From IMG/VR virus record IMGVR_UViG_3300032092_000043, positions 1 to 53,844 of that record: 53,844 nt of DNA; one strand, written 5' to 3'. The notes under the pieces were generated by a model. That model worked only from the letters and a program-made list of their open reading frames with translations, did no database searches and had not been told where the DNA came from. Both the position numbers and the translations under genes were made by a program. Source of the stretch: a virus (lineage: Duplodnaviria; Caudoviricetes). Of the stretch, positions 28,132 through 37,050 are shown in pieces; within the stretch, counting starts at the first letter, position 1; every line of letters begins with the position of its first letter.

Positions 28132-29676
28132 ATGGCCAACAAAAACATTGAGCAGTTCGTCACCACCTACGGCCCAGTTGCGCAGCAGGTCAGCAAAGAG
28201 ATCAACGTCGATCCCAATGTGCTGCTGAGTCAATGGGGCCTCGAGAGCCGATGGGGTCAAACCGAGATGGCCAAGAAGCATCACAATTTGGGCGGCATCA
28301 AAGACTTCACTGGCAACGGTTTTGAAGCAAGGGACAACAAGACTGGGTCCAAAGACAAGTACGTCCAGTTCGAGGACCCCGAGGTCTTTGGCATGTACTA
28401 CGTTGACCAGATTAAGCGCAACTTCCCTTTAGCGGTCAACACAGGCCCTGACTTAGGCGCGTTTACTCGCGGCTTGGCCTCTGGCAAAAACGGCTCTTAC
28501 TTTGGTGTGCCCGTTCAAGAATATGAAAGCTCACTGGCCAGCGCTCAGGCATCGATACCTGAAAGCAGAATGCTGCCCTTTGAAGCAAGCGAGGGCACGA
28601 CCGCCGCCGCGCCAGCGGAAGAGACCGATGAGCAGCGCGATGCCCGCATGCAGGCCGACATGGACGCCCAAGAAAAGCGTCAGGCTCAAATGATTGGTGC
28701 TGGCACTGGTGCTGGCGTTTCCGCAACCCGCGCAGTAGGGTCTGGCGCAGGGGCCGTGTTAGAAGCGGGCGCAAACCGCGTAGGACAAGGTTTTAGGGCT
28801 GGGATGCAGGGTAAGACGCCACCAACCCCTCCAGCGCCTTCTACGGTCATTCCTAGCGCCTCTGGCACGCCACCGCAAAGCGTTGTCCGCCTACCAATCC
28901 AATCAGGTGGTCCAGACGGTGGTCGATTGGCCCCGGGCCAGACTGGCACGATGCCCTACAACTACGCCAAGTCAGCGGGCTTGACTGATATTGAGGCTGG
29001 CCGTGCCTTGGACATGACCAAGCAAGCGGGCGGCGTGCATGACTTGACGTCACAGAGGCGCGAGGGTTTGGGCAAGATCCAAAGCCTTTTTCCCTCTGAG
29101 ACCTACGTTGAGAACCCACGCTACGGCGGCATCATGACGCCTGACCAAGGTGCTGGTGGCGGGCCAAGACAGTCCTTCTCCATGAAGGCCCCTGTTGCGC
29201 CTACGCCAGACATGCCACAAGGCCAAGCAGGCGGGTTGTCGCAGCTACCCCCTCGCCAACCTATTTCAACGGCTCCAATCCCGCCAAAGCCGCCCTCTGG
29301 CCTTGACACTGTGACCGACATGTTCAAAGGCATGATGAAGCCCGTGACGGCGGCTGTGTCTACCGTTGGGAAGTACGTTTTTCCGCCTTTGGCTTTGGCC
29401 AGCGCTGCGGGCGAAGGCGTCAACATTGCGCAACAGTACCGCAAACCAGAGGGTCAGCGTGACGCTACAAGCATGCTGCTGAGTGGTGGAAATATTCTGG
29501 GGTCTGGTTTGTCAATGTTCCCAGCCACTGCGCCCGTTGGCGTGCCCTTAGCTCTTGGCACTGCCGCCGCGCAAGCGTACCGAGACAGCCCAGACGCTCA
29601 GGCTTACATCAAGAAAAAAATGCAGGGGTTGGCTAATATGCCATTGCTTGACGACATGACAGGACCCCTACCCTAA
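28132..29676 (+). CDS. Virion-associated peptidoglycan hydrolase (GH73/FlgJ-like N-terminal domain)
   Basis: QWGLESRWG and HNLGGIK motifs; long P/G-rich tail. Confidence 0.75.
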   Translation: MANKNIEQFVTTYGPVAQQVSKEINVDPNVLLSQWGLESRWGQTEMAKKHHNLGGIKDFTGNGFEARDNKTGSKDKYVQFEDPEVFGMYYVDQIKRNFPLAVNTGPDLGAFTRGLASGKNGSYFGVPVQEYESSLASAQASIPESRMLPFEASEGTTAAAPAEETDEQRDARMQADMDAQEKRQAQMIGAGTGAGVSATRAVGSGAGAVLEAGANRVGQGFRAGMQGKTPPTPPAPSTVIPSASGTPPQSVVRLPIQSGGPDGGRLAPGQTGTMPYNYAKSAGLTDIEAGRALDMTKQAGGVHDLTSQRREGLGKIQSLFPSETYVENPRYGGIMTPDQGAGGGPRQSFSMKAPVAPTPDMPQGQAGGLSQLPPRQPISTAPIPPKPPSGLDTVTDMFKGMMKPVTAAVSTVGKYVFPPLALASAAGEGVNIAQQYRKPEGQRDATSMLLSGGNILGSGLSMFPATAPVGVPLALGTAAAQAYRDSPDAQAYIKKKMQGLANMPLLDDMTGPLP

Positions 29677-29737
29677 TTCAAGCGGCTCTCCCCGCTTGAG
29701 TTGCCGTGGCTTTGCCAGTTGCCTGCGGCATTTTTAT

Positions 29738-29769
29738 GCCCCCATCCTTCGCGGGACGGGGGCCTTTTT
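29738..29769. terminator. Terminator between convergent late and leftward operons
   Basis: GCCCCC..GGGGGC stem followed by T6 on the + strand. Confidence 0.8.
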
Positions 29770-29996
29770 TAAGGACGTTGATTTGCTAAAGCGCTGGCCA
29801 CTTCGCGGTTCATGCTGGCCACAATGCTGACGCAGCGCTTGTGCTCTTCAGCCGCAATCAAGGGGCGAAGCACAGCCTCCAGCTTCTCGGCAAATTGCAA
29901 GATGTCTACTTCATCAGCAATTAGCGGATCTGGCCGCTTATCATCGCTGAAAAAAAACACTTTTTTGACTAGATCTTCATTTAACAAGGATTTCAT
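29769..29996 (-). CDS. Hypothetical protein
   Basis: Last gene of leftward operon, overlapping chain. Confidence 0.55.
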   Translation of the reverse strand: MKSLLNEDLVKKVFFFSDDKRPDPLIADEVDILQFAEKLEAVLRPLIAAEEHKRCVSIVASMNREVASALANQRP

Positions 29997-30198
29997 TTTT
30001 GGACTTCCATAGTTCCCAGTTGACGACAGTGTTTCGGGCCATCGAGCGATGCGCGTGACCCGTGTAGGGGTTAAGGTCGCTGCTCAAGAATTCATCAACG
30101 ACGTTTTCTTTTGACAGCATCATCTCGTGCTTTTCGGCGGACTCTTTTGTTGAGAACAGCGTGCCGTCCGAGGCTTGAAAGGCAGTGATGGGCTTCAT
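29977..30198 (-). CDS. Hypothetical protein
   Basis: MKPITAFQASDGTLF; ATGA overlap with exonuclease stop. Confidence 0.6.
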   Translation of the reverse strand: MKPITAFQASDGTLFSTKESAEKHEMMLSKENVVDEFLSSDLNPYTGHAHRSMARNTVVNWELWKSKNEILVK

Positions 30199-30965
30199 GA
30201 GTGTTGGTTCTTGAGTTGCCAAAATTTAAGCAGTGAGCAAAACATTTCCCAGCCGCGTTGGAGGTCCTCTTTGGACCATTCCTTCACGACCACGAGGCCC
30301 GGCACACTGCGCGAGACAAACACGTTGGCGCATCGAGCCTTGGGAATGCCAAGGCCCACACGATACGCGGCCAACTGCATAAGGTGATCATCATACGCAT
30401 CGACCTTGTTGCCGTCCGTAAATTCCTTGGTCTTCACGTCGGCCACAATGCCGTCACCAACAACGCTGTGCAGGTCACACTTGCCGCCAAAGCCGTGGCT
30501 ATGACCAAAGGCCCGCTCGGCAACCCAAGGCTGTTGGCCGAAGATGGTGTCCAAAGCGGCCACAGTGCCCTTAACGTGCTCCTCGTGACGCCTTACCACC
30601 TCACCCTCATAAAAGCCTTGGATCGACGCGTGGATGTCCGTGCCAGCGTCTGCTGCGGCGCGGCCCTGCTCCTTGCTGTCAACCATGATGCGATCGATGT
30701 AATCTTCTTCTGGCTCGCCTTCGATGCGGGGCAGCGTGAGCGCAGCCAACAGCACTTGCTTTTGCAGCCACTGAATGAGCGCAGGCTTGGCCATCACGTT
30801 CAGGACCGTGGTCACGCTGGGCACGAGGTTCTCGGTGCGGGCGTCGCGCAGCGTTGTGTTGCGCTCCTTGCCGTTCTTGCCGATCACTGTGTAGCGCGGC
30901 ACGCCGTCGCGGGTGTACCAGTGATTGCTCTCGCTGGCGCGTGGCTCTTTTGCTGTGATGCTCAT
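30195..30965 (-). CDS. PD-(D/E)XK exonuclease (Cas4/RecB-like phage exonuclease)
   Basis: PSVTTVL, GTDIH, GKCDL...DVKT, QLAAY motifs. Confidence 0.85.
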   Translation of the reverse strand: MSITAKEPRASESNHWYTRDGVPRYTVIGKNGKERNTTLRDARTENLVPSVTTVLNVMAKPALIQWLQKQVLLAALTLPRIEGEPEEDYIDRIMVDSKEQGRAAADAGTDIHASIQGFYEGEVVRRHEEHVKGTVAALDTIFGQQPWVAERAFGHSHGFGGKCDLHSVVGDGIVADVKTKEFTDGNKVDAYDDHLMQLAAYRVGLGIPKARCANVFVSRSVPGLVVVKEWSKEDLQRGWEMFCSLLKFWQLKNQHS

Positions 30966-31354
30966 TTGTTGCCCCGTAATTTGCGCAGCTCGTTGGCCGC
31001 GTGCAGGTAATAGTTATGGTTGCCGTCGGTAGCCGCGTGCATGCCTTCCAGAAGGTCGCAGCAAGCCTTCAGCTCCTTAGTCCTCTCTTCTTGCAAGCGG
31101 CCATCAAAAGCGCGTGATGCCCAATCAATAAACACCTTGGCAGACTCGGCAGCGTTACCTTCAAAAACAAGCTCAGGGCCGTTGAAGTCAAAGCCGCCAA
31201 CCTTTTGGCCAAGGCCGCTGGTGTCGTGATTGTTGTGAAAGCTAATGTTGTAGTTGGGTTTGAAGTTGGCAATTTGCAACTGGCCTTCAGGCACAGTAAT
31301 CTTGGTCTCATGCCACCCGGCCATCTTAGGGAGTTCGTCAAAGTCTTCCATCAA
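30962..31354 (-). CDS. Hypothetical protein
   Basis: 130 aa ORF in operon. Confidence 0.55.
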   Translation of the reverse strand: MMEDFDELPKMAGWHETKITVPEGQLQIANFKPNYNISFHNNHDTSGLGQKVGGFDFNGPELVFEGNAAESAKVFIDWASRAFDGRLQEERTKELKACCDLLEGMHAATDGNHNYYLHAANELRKLRGNK

Positions 31355-31361
31355 TTGTCCT

Positions 31362-31817
31362 TTAAAAATTATCAGTGTGTGGCTTTGCGTCGCCAGAATA
31401 ATCTGGTTTTTTTCGCATGTAGGCCTCGTGCAATTCCAAAAAGAAAACAGCGTTGCCTTCTTGGTTTACCGCTTTCCCTCGGTAGGACCAAACATTTTTT
31501 TGTATGCTTGTTCCCTTTTCAACAAAATCAGTGCCAGTTTTGGTCAACTTCCAAACGCCACCAATGTTTGTTTTGTCTTCCCTTTCTGCTTTTTGAACAA
31601 GCCCCCAATACTTTAATTTTTGGAAGTTTGTCCATTGAATTGCAGTTAGTCCAATCTTGCTGATGTTCGTGGCTCCATGCTGTAAATACAGCTTGTAAAG
31701 CGAATTTGCAAGGCTCTGATTAAATGAGTGTTTGTACTCAACAATCTTTGCCCCACAGCAATCGCAAATGCTTGGAGCCTTGCGGTCATCATCAGAGAAA
31801 AGTGCAGCCTGTTGCAT
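31362..31817 (-). CDS. Hypothetical protein, possible Zn-knuckle plus winged helix
   Basis: CDCCG; FQKLKYWGLV...WKLTKTG; AT-richer than neighbours. Confidence 0.55.
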   Translation of the reverse strand: MQQAALFSDDDRKAPSICDCCGAKIVEYKHSFNQSLANSLYKLYLQHGATNISKIGLTAIQWTNFQKLKYWGLVQKAEREDKTNIGGVWKLTKTGTDFVEKGTSIQKNVWSYRGKAVNQEGNAVFFLELHEAYMRKKPDYSGDAKPHTDNF

Positions 31818-31819
31818 GA

Positions 31820-32476
31820 TCAGAAGGGGATGTCGTCATCCATGTCATCAAAGCCTGAACCTGTGTTGGTGGGCTTTCTGACGGGTTGCTCTTGGCCGCC
31901 TTCACGGGCACGCCACTCAGGCGAGCCTTGGATCTTTTCCTTGAGGCCGTTACCAAACGTCTCAAACAATTCCATGTCGGGGTTTTCAATCACAAACATG
32001 GCCACCTTGTTGAAGCCTTCAGGCAAGCCAGCCTTCTTGATAGCCACGGGAACAGGGTTGATCGAGATCACGTTGGTGTACTCTTTGCCGTTGTTGCCAA
32101 CCGACTTGGCTGCCGTAATCATGGCCCATGCACCGAGCACGTTTTTCAGCTCAAAGCCGCGCAGCTCGTCGGTCGTGAAGTCACGGCCACGCCAAGCTTG
32201 CAGGTCCTTGCGGAGGGTCGCCTTCTCGGCCAACGACAGTGTGAAGTTCTTGCTGATTGACATTGGCTCGCCTTTGGCTGTCACCAGCGCGTTGCCGTTG
32301 TCGTCTTCGCCGTGGACCTCAAACTGGATCATTACCTTTTGAAGGTGCTTGACCTGTCCTTGGTACTCGGATTTTTGTGTGCCCAGATCCACGATGCGGT
32401 AGCACCGTGCAAGGTGCATCCCGGGGGCCACTGGTGTAAAGCTGCCGCCGCCGCTGTCTTTCGCTGTCAAACTCAT
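31820..32476 (-). CDS. SSB-like / recombination-associated protein
   Basis: ARCYRIVDLGTQ N-terminal domain; acidic DDMDDDIPF C-terminal tail. Confidence 0.7.
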   Translation of the reverse strand: MSLTAKDSGGGSFTPVAPGMHLARCYRIVDLGTQKSEYQGQVKHLQKVMIQFEVHGEDDNGNALVTAKGEPMSISKNFTLSLAEKATLRKDLQAWRGRDFTTDELRGFELKNVLGAWAMITAAKSVGNNGKEYTNVISINPVPVAIKKAGLPEGFNKVAMFVIENPDMELFETFGNGLKEKIQGSPEWRAREGGQEQPVRKPTNTGSGFDDMDDDIPF

Positions 32477-32646
32477 TTTTCGCTCCTATCAGGTTTAAAA
32501 ATAGACGCCGTGGGCACGCCGCACTCTACGCAGATCGTCTCCCAGTCGTCTTGGGTAGCAATGCCTGCGATGGCCCTGCGAAGGGCCTCCTCAAGCATTT
32601 GCATTCGTTCCAGCATGAGCTGGTGAAATTCAGACTCGTCGCCCAT
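32473..32646 (-). CDS. Small hypothetical protein
   Basis: MGDESEFHQLMLERMQ..., overlaps SSB start. Confidence 0.5.
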   Translation of the reverse strand: MGDESEFHQLMLERMQMLEEALRRAIAGIATQDDWETICVECGVPTASIFKPDRSEK

Positions 32647-32647
32647 G

Positions 32648-32752
32648 TCAGTCAACGGCCAAGTAGTAAGCCAGTCCAACCAACACAAACAGCGCGATGC
32701 CGCTGCCGGGGCCAAGAAAAAAACGCACAACTGCTAAGAAAAAGTCCCGCAT
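32648..32752 (-). CDS. 34-aa hydrophobic peptide (not in ORF track)
   Basis: MRDFFLAVVRFFLGPGSGIALFVLVGLAYYLAVD; first ATG after leftward promoter. Confidence 0.45.
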   Translation of the reverse strand: MRDFFLAVVRFFLGPGSGIALFVLVGLAYYLAVD

Positions 32753-32770
32753 AATTCGCTTTCGAGTTAA

Positions 32771-32841
32771 ATTTGCGCAACTCTACCAAATTTAATTTAA
32801 AGATACAACCCCCTTGCGCAAATATTTTTCAAGTGTATGAT
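32771..32841. promoter_or_regulatory. Divergent early promoters with paired TTGCGCAA palindromes
   Basis: Rightward TTGCGC-16-TATGAT; leftward TTGTAT-17-TAGAGT; TTGCGCAA at 32773 and 32814. Confidence 0.6.
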
Positions 32842-32871
32842 GCTCTTAAACCAACCACAAAGGAAGACTGA

Positions 32872-33081
32872 ATGACACTGAAGGAATTTTTTGAAACAAA
32901 GCCGCGAGGAGCGAAGTTGGCTATGGCCACCAAGCTTGGCGTGAGCAAGACGTGGATGAGCCTCGTCATCTCAGGTAGGGAGCTTGCCAGTCCCGAGCTG
33001 AGTGGGGCCATCGAGAGGTACACCAAAGGGCAAGTGAAGCGCACGACTTTGCGGCCCGACATCTTTGGAGACCTAAAGTGA
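32872..33081 (+). CDS. Cro/YdaS-like HTH regulator
   Basis: MATKLGVSKTWMS HTH; C-terminal LRPDIF. Confidence 0.8.
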   Translation: MTLKEFFETKPRGAKLAMATKLGVSKTWMSLVISGRELASPELSGAIERYTKGQVKRTTLRPDIFGDLK

Positions 33082-33728
33082 TTTGGTACAAATTCCACCT
33101 TGGTGATTACATCACCCACACCACGCATCTTAGCGATGCAGAGGACTTGGCTTACCGCCGCCTGTTGGATTTGTACTATATGAGCGAGAAGCCAATCCCA
33201 CTCAATACCGAATCGGTTTCGAGAAAAATTCGCATTGATTTAGACATAACCGAATCGGTTTTGGGGGAGTTTTTTGACAAGACCGAAAATGGTTACTTTA
33301 ACTATCGTTGTGATGTTGAAATTGCTAAATATCAAGCGCAAGTCGCAAACAATCAACGACTCGGAAAGCTAGGCGGCAGGCCGAGGAAAACCGAATCGGT
33401 AACCGAATCGAAACCGAAGGTTAACCCTAAGAAGATACAGATAAAGAATATAAATACCATATCGTCGCAAGCGACAACATCACGATTTGACGAGTTTTGG
33501 TCATCATGGCCAACGTCAAAGCGCAAGGTGGCCAAGTCAACCTGCGAGACCAAGTGGTTAAAGTTGAAGCTCGATAACGTCGCGGACCAGATCCTTTCCC
33601 ACGTCAACTCGATCAAGGGCAGCGAGCAGTGGACCACGGGCTTTGAACCTGCTCCCCTGACGTACATCAACCAACGACGTTGGGAAGACGGCGTGGCCGA
33701 ACAGTCGTTTGCGCGGAGGGTGATATGA
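33078..33728 (+). CDS. Replication initiator, DUF1376/YdaU family
   Basis: WYKFHLGDY..T.HLS.AEDLAYRRLLDLYY; GKLGGRP; FDEFWSSWP; internal DNA repeats. Confidence 0.8.
   Translation: MIWYKFHLGDYITHTTHLSDAEDLAYRRLLDLYYMSEKPIPLNTESVSRKIRIDLDITESVLGEFFDKTENGYFNYRCDVEIAKYQAQVANNQRLGKLGGRPRKTESVTESKPKVNPKKIQIKNINTISSQATTSRFDEFWSSWPTSKRKVAKSTCETKWLKLKLDNVADQILSHVNSIKGSEQWTTGFEPAPLTYINQRRWEDGVAEQSFARRVI
33207..33426. repeat. Iteron-like ACCGAATCGGT palindromes (putative origin)
   Basis: Copies at 33207, 33249, 33390 plus partial copies at 33282, 33402, 33413 inside the initiator gene. Confidence 0.65.
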
Positions 33729-34159
33729 CCCCTGTTGAAAATCTGATCTCGCGTTTAGACAAGGTCAAGGGCCGCAACGGTTCATGGACCGCCCGCTGCC
33801 CAGCTCACGAAGACAAAGGGCCTTCGTTGGCCGTGCGCGAGAACGAGGATGGCCGCATCTTGCTGCATTGCTTTGCTGGCTGCGAGACGGCCAACGTACT
33901 TGGTGCAATTGGCATGGACATGACCGACCTGTTCCCGCCCGATGAGAAGCGCCGAGAGTACGCAGTGACTGGCAAGCCCAGCATGAAGCCCGCATTCTTT
34001 GCGAGCGACCTGATGCGCATCATTCATTTTGAAGCGCTAGTGGTGCAGATCGTGGCTTTTGACATTGCCAACAACAAAATGCCAAACGCAGAAACCCGCG
34101 AGCGCATGCTCACGGCTTATGAACGAATCGATGAAGCTGTGAGGTACGCAAATGTCTAG
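33725..34159 (+). CDS. CHC2-type zinc-finger (primase zinc-binding domain) protein
   Basis: CPAHED..PSL...LHCFAGC. Confidence 0.8.
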   Translation: MTPVENLISRLDKVKGRNGSWTARCPAHEDKGPSLAVRENEDGRILLHCFAGCETANVLGAIGMDMTDLFPPDEKRREYAVTGKPSMKPAFFASDLMRIIHFEALVVQIVAFDIANNKMPNAETRERMLTAYERIDEAVRYANV

Positions 34160-35162
34160 CGTGGCTGCAATTGAACAACGAGCACGCGCACTTGACGAGG
34201 CCCGCAAGGTGCGTTTGGTGAAGTCGCAGGAGATCGACACAGAGAAATACCTCAAAGCTCACGACGTTACCCATAAGGTCCACGACGCATCAGTGTGGCT
34301 TGAGGAGCTGCAACAGGACCTGATCAACCCGCCTGAGAAGGACTCAAGCACCACAATGCCGTGGGCGAAGACACACTCGACGTTTAGGTATCGGCCCGGC
34401 GAGGTCACCCTGTACGCAGGCAGCAACGGTGGTGGGAAGTCCTTGGTGACTGGCCAAGTGGCCATGGGTCTGATCAAGCAAAAGCAGCGCGTGTGCATTG
34501 CCTCGTTTGAAATGAAGCCCAAGCGCACGCTGTACCGCATGCTGCGCCAATTCGCTGGTGAGAACATTGACTTCCCGCGCTACACCGACAAGGCAACCTA
34601 CATTGGTCGCATGCTTGGGCGCTTCATAGATTTTTCAGAGAGCGGTCTGTGGCTGTACGACCAGCAGGGAACCACGTCGAGCCAGCAAGTGATTGCTATG
34701 GCGCGGTATTGCGCAGTCGAGCTGGGTGTGCAACATGTGTTCATTGACAGCCTGATGAAGTGCGTGACGGGCGAGGACGACTACAACGCGCAGAAATCTT
34801 TTGTTGACGAGCTGACAGCGTTGGCGCGTGACCACAACATTCACATTCATTTGGTCCACCACATCCGCAAGCTGGGCAGCGAAGAGGTGCAGCCAAGCAA
34901 GACAGACATCAAAGGCTCTGGCGCGATTGCCGACCAAGTTGACAACGTGCTGCTCATGTGGCGCAACAAAAAGAAAGAGCACGACGTTCAGAACGGCCAG
35001 ATCCCTGACCACAAAAAGCCAGACGCCTTGCTCATGTGCGAGAAGCAGCGCAACGGTGAGGCCGAAGAGTGGTACAGCTTATGGTTCAACCGCGACAGCC
35101 AGCAGTTTGTGGACGAGAGCGGAGGTGTGCCAATGTCGTTTGATGACCGAGGTGCATTTTGA
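34152..35162 (+). CDS. SF4 (DnaB/T7 gp4-like) replicative helicase
   Basis: Walker A GSNGGGKS, SFEM, FIDSL, LVHH.RK, KGSG.I.D..D, EKQRNG. Confidence 0.9.
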   Translation: MSSVAAIEQRARALDEARKVRLVKSQEIDTEKYLKAHDVTHKVHDASVWLEELQQDLINPPEKDSSTTMPWAKTHSTFRYRPGEVTLYAGSNGGGKSLVTGQVAMGLIKQKQRVCIASFEMKPKRTLYRMLRQFAGENIDFPRYTDKATYIGRMLGRFIDFSESGLWLYDQQGTTSSQQVIAMARYCAVELGVQHVFIDSLMKCVTGEDDYNAQKSFVDELTALARDHNIHIHLVHHIRKLGSEEVQPSKTDIKGSGAIADQVDNVLLMWRNKKKEHDVQNGQIPDHKKPDALLMCEKQRNGEAEEWYSLWFNRDSQQFVDESGGVPMSFDDRGAF

Positions 35163-35395
35163 ATGGCGAAGGTCAAGGACAAGACGAGCATCGTCACCGT
35201 TGTCTCGTTCGGTGGGTCATCCAGCGACGCATACAGGATCGCAATGCAGCGCACCGATGGCTCAACGGTCACACTGACCACACTGGCCGTCGTTACAAGG
35301 GCTGGAATGACTTACATGCAGGCTCTCGACTTGAACAAGATGTTCGCGATCAATGGGTCAAAGGTAACCGAGGTAACTATGGAGAATGGAAATGA
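35159..35395 (+). CDS. Hypothetical protein
   Basis: HRCLVRWV...DVRDQWVKGNRG; overlaps helicase stop. Confidence 0.55.
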   Translation: MNGEGQGQDEHRHRCLVRWVIQRRIQDRNAAHRWLNGHTDHTGRRYKGWNDLHAGSRLEQDVRDQWVKGNRGNYGEWK

Positions 35396-35652
35396 ACTTT
35401 GAGAAAAACATATTTTCACAGGGTCAAACCCTGTTTACGCAGGACGAGTTCAACAAGGCACTGAGCGAGGCGAAAGCTGAAATCATGGCTGTTGCAATTC
35501 AGACGACCAAGCAGGCAATGTTCCTTGAGCGTAGGGCCTGCGCCCAGATGCTGCTGGACATGGCCGACATGGAGGACGAGGGCACTGTCTGCACAGCCTT
35601 GCGCAATGCAGCCGATCACATGTTTAACCGCACGCCCTCGCAAAACCAATGA
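35386..35652 (+). CDS. Hypothetical protein
   Basis: ERRACA motif; operon position. Confidence 0.55.
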   Translation: MEMNFEKNIFSQGQTLFTQDEFNKALSEAKAEIMAVAIQTTKQAMFLERRACAQMLLDMADMEDEGTVCTALRNAADHMFNRTPSQNQ

Positions 35653-36050
35653 CCTTGGAAGAATTGCAAAAGCAGCTCAAGGACGTGATCAGCAAAAACG
35701 AAAATGCGATCACCCTCACACTGCCGTGGCCGCCAAGCGTAAACAAATACTGGCGCACGTTTCAAGGCCGCATGATCATCAGCGCAGACGGTCGCGCATA
35801 CCGCAGGGCTGTGGCTGACCAAGTTCTGATTCAACGCGGGGCGAAGGATTACGCGGGCAAGCTGTGCGTGGTGATTGAGGCATTTAGGCCAGATAACAGA
35901 AGGCGCGACCTTGACAACCTGTTTAAGGCGGTCCTCGACGGCTGCACCCATGCGGGCGTTTGGGAAGACGATTGCAATATCGTTGACTTAAGAATTTATT
36001 GGGCCGACTCAGTCGGTGGAATGTTAAAAGTGAAAGTGAGCGAAGTATGA
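35649..36050 (+). CDS. rusA: Holliday junction resolvase RusA
   Basis: LPWPPSVNKYWR; RRDLDNLFKAVLDG; WEDD. Confidence 0.92.
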   Translation: MTLEELQKQLKDVISKNENAITLTLPWPPSVNKYWRTFQGRMIISADGRAYRRAVADQVLIQRGAKDYAGKLCVVIEAFRPDNRRRDLDNLFKAVLDGCTHAGVWEDDCNIVDLRIYWADSVGGMLKVKVSEV

Positions 36051-36256
36051 ACAACGAAGCATTAAAAGTGAAATGGTTTAACGGGGCCAAGGGCACGGTG
36101 GGCATCGCCAAGGTCAAGACTCACGAGGGAGAGATTGAGTACCGCATTAGCCCAGTTGATGGGTTTTTGGAGCACATGGACGTGCAGCAGATCGTTGCGT
36201 GGGGCGGTCACTTTCCGATGGCCGCTGGTGAAGCATTGTTTGGGAGCGAGGCATGA
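36047..36256 (+). CDS. Hypothetical protein
   Basis: ATGA-coupled ORF starting MNNEALKV. Confidence 0.55.
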   Translation: MNNEALKVKWFNGAKGTVGIAKVKTHEGEIEYRISPVDGFLEHMDVQQIVAWGGHFPMAAGEALFGSEA

Positions 36257-36426
36257 AAGAAGAACCAGAATTGATTGACATCTTTGCAATGTTTATCGTG
36301 CAGGGCTTGCTGACCGCCGAAGAGGTTGGCGAATACAGCAATGAGCATGTGTCTGAGATCTCGTACCGAGTGGCCAATGCAATGATGATTGAACGCAAAA
36401 ACTGGATTGGAAAAAACTATGACTGA
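36253..36426 (+). CDS. 57-aa hypothetical protein (not in ORF track)
   Basis: ATGA-coupled; MKEEPELIDIFAMF...AMMIERK. Confidence 0.5.
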   Translation: MKEEPELIDIFAMFIVQGLLTAEEVGEYSNEHVSEISYRVANAMMIERKNWIGKNYD

Positions 36427-36763
36427 AAAATTGATTGACCCGCAAGCCGCAGTCGACTTCATGATTGCAAAGTCCAAGGCGTATGCAATTGCCGAGGGCA
36501 ACAAAACCTACATGGAAGAGTTGCGCAAGACCATCAAGGCCGAGCAGATGATTTACGCCGAAGAGTTAGGCCACAAGACAGCGGCCATGCAAGAGCGCGA
36601 GGCGTATGCGTCGGAGCGGTATCGCGAGCACTTGGTTGCCCTGCGTCAGGCCGTGGAGGCTCGCGAGGAGCTGCGCTGGATGCTCATCGCGGCACAGGCC
36701 CGCATCGAGGTGTGGCGCTCACAAGAGGCTAGCAGCAGAGCAGAAGGAAAGGCGACGATATGA
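36419..36763 (+). CDS. Hypothetical coiled-coil protein
   Basis: QEREAYAS...IEVWRSQEAS. Confidence 0.6.
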   Translation: MTEKLIDPQAAVDFMIAKSKAYAIAEGNKTYMEELRKTIKAEQMIYAEELGHKTAAMQEREAYASERYREHLVALRQAVEAREELRWMLIAAQARIEVWRSQEASSRAEGKATI

Positions 36764-37050
36764 AAACCGAAGAGGACGAAGAGTTTGAGCGCATTGAGCG
36801 ACAGCAGGCCCGAGCCAATGGTTGGCGCAAGCGCCAGATTGAAGATGAAAAAGAACAGCGCTGCCCCACATGCAACAAACCAATTACCGAAGAGGACCCT
36901 GAAGATGATTGACAGCACCAGCAAGACGTGCCAAGTGTGTCGCCTACGGCCAGCCGAGGTGAAGGGCAAGAACAGCAGCGGCATGCCTCAGTGGCGATGC
37001 CAGACGTGTCACGATTTAAAGAATCGACTCGGTTTCACAAAGGGCAAACA

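Noticed and set aside
30195-30965. Cas4 as evidence of a CRISPR system
   Set aside because: No array or other cas genes; stand-alone PD-(D/E)XK exonucleases are common in phage recombination operons
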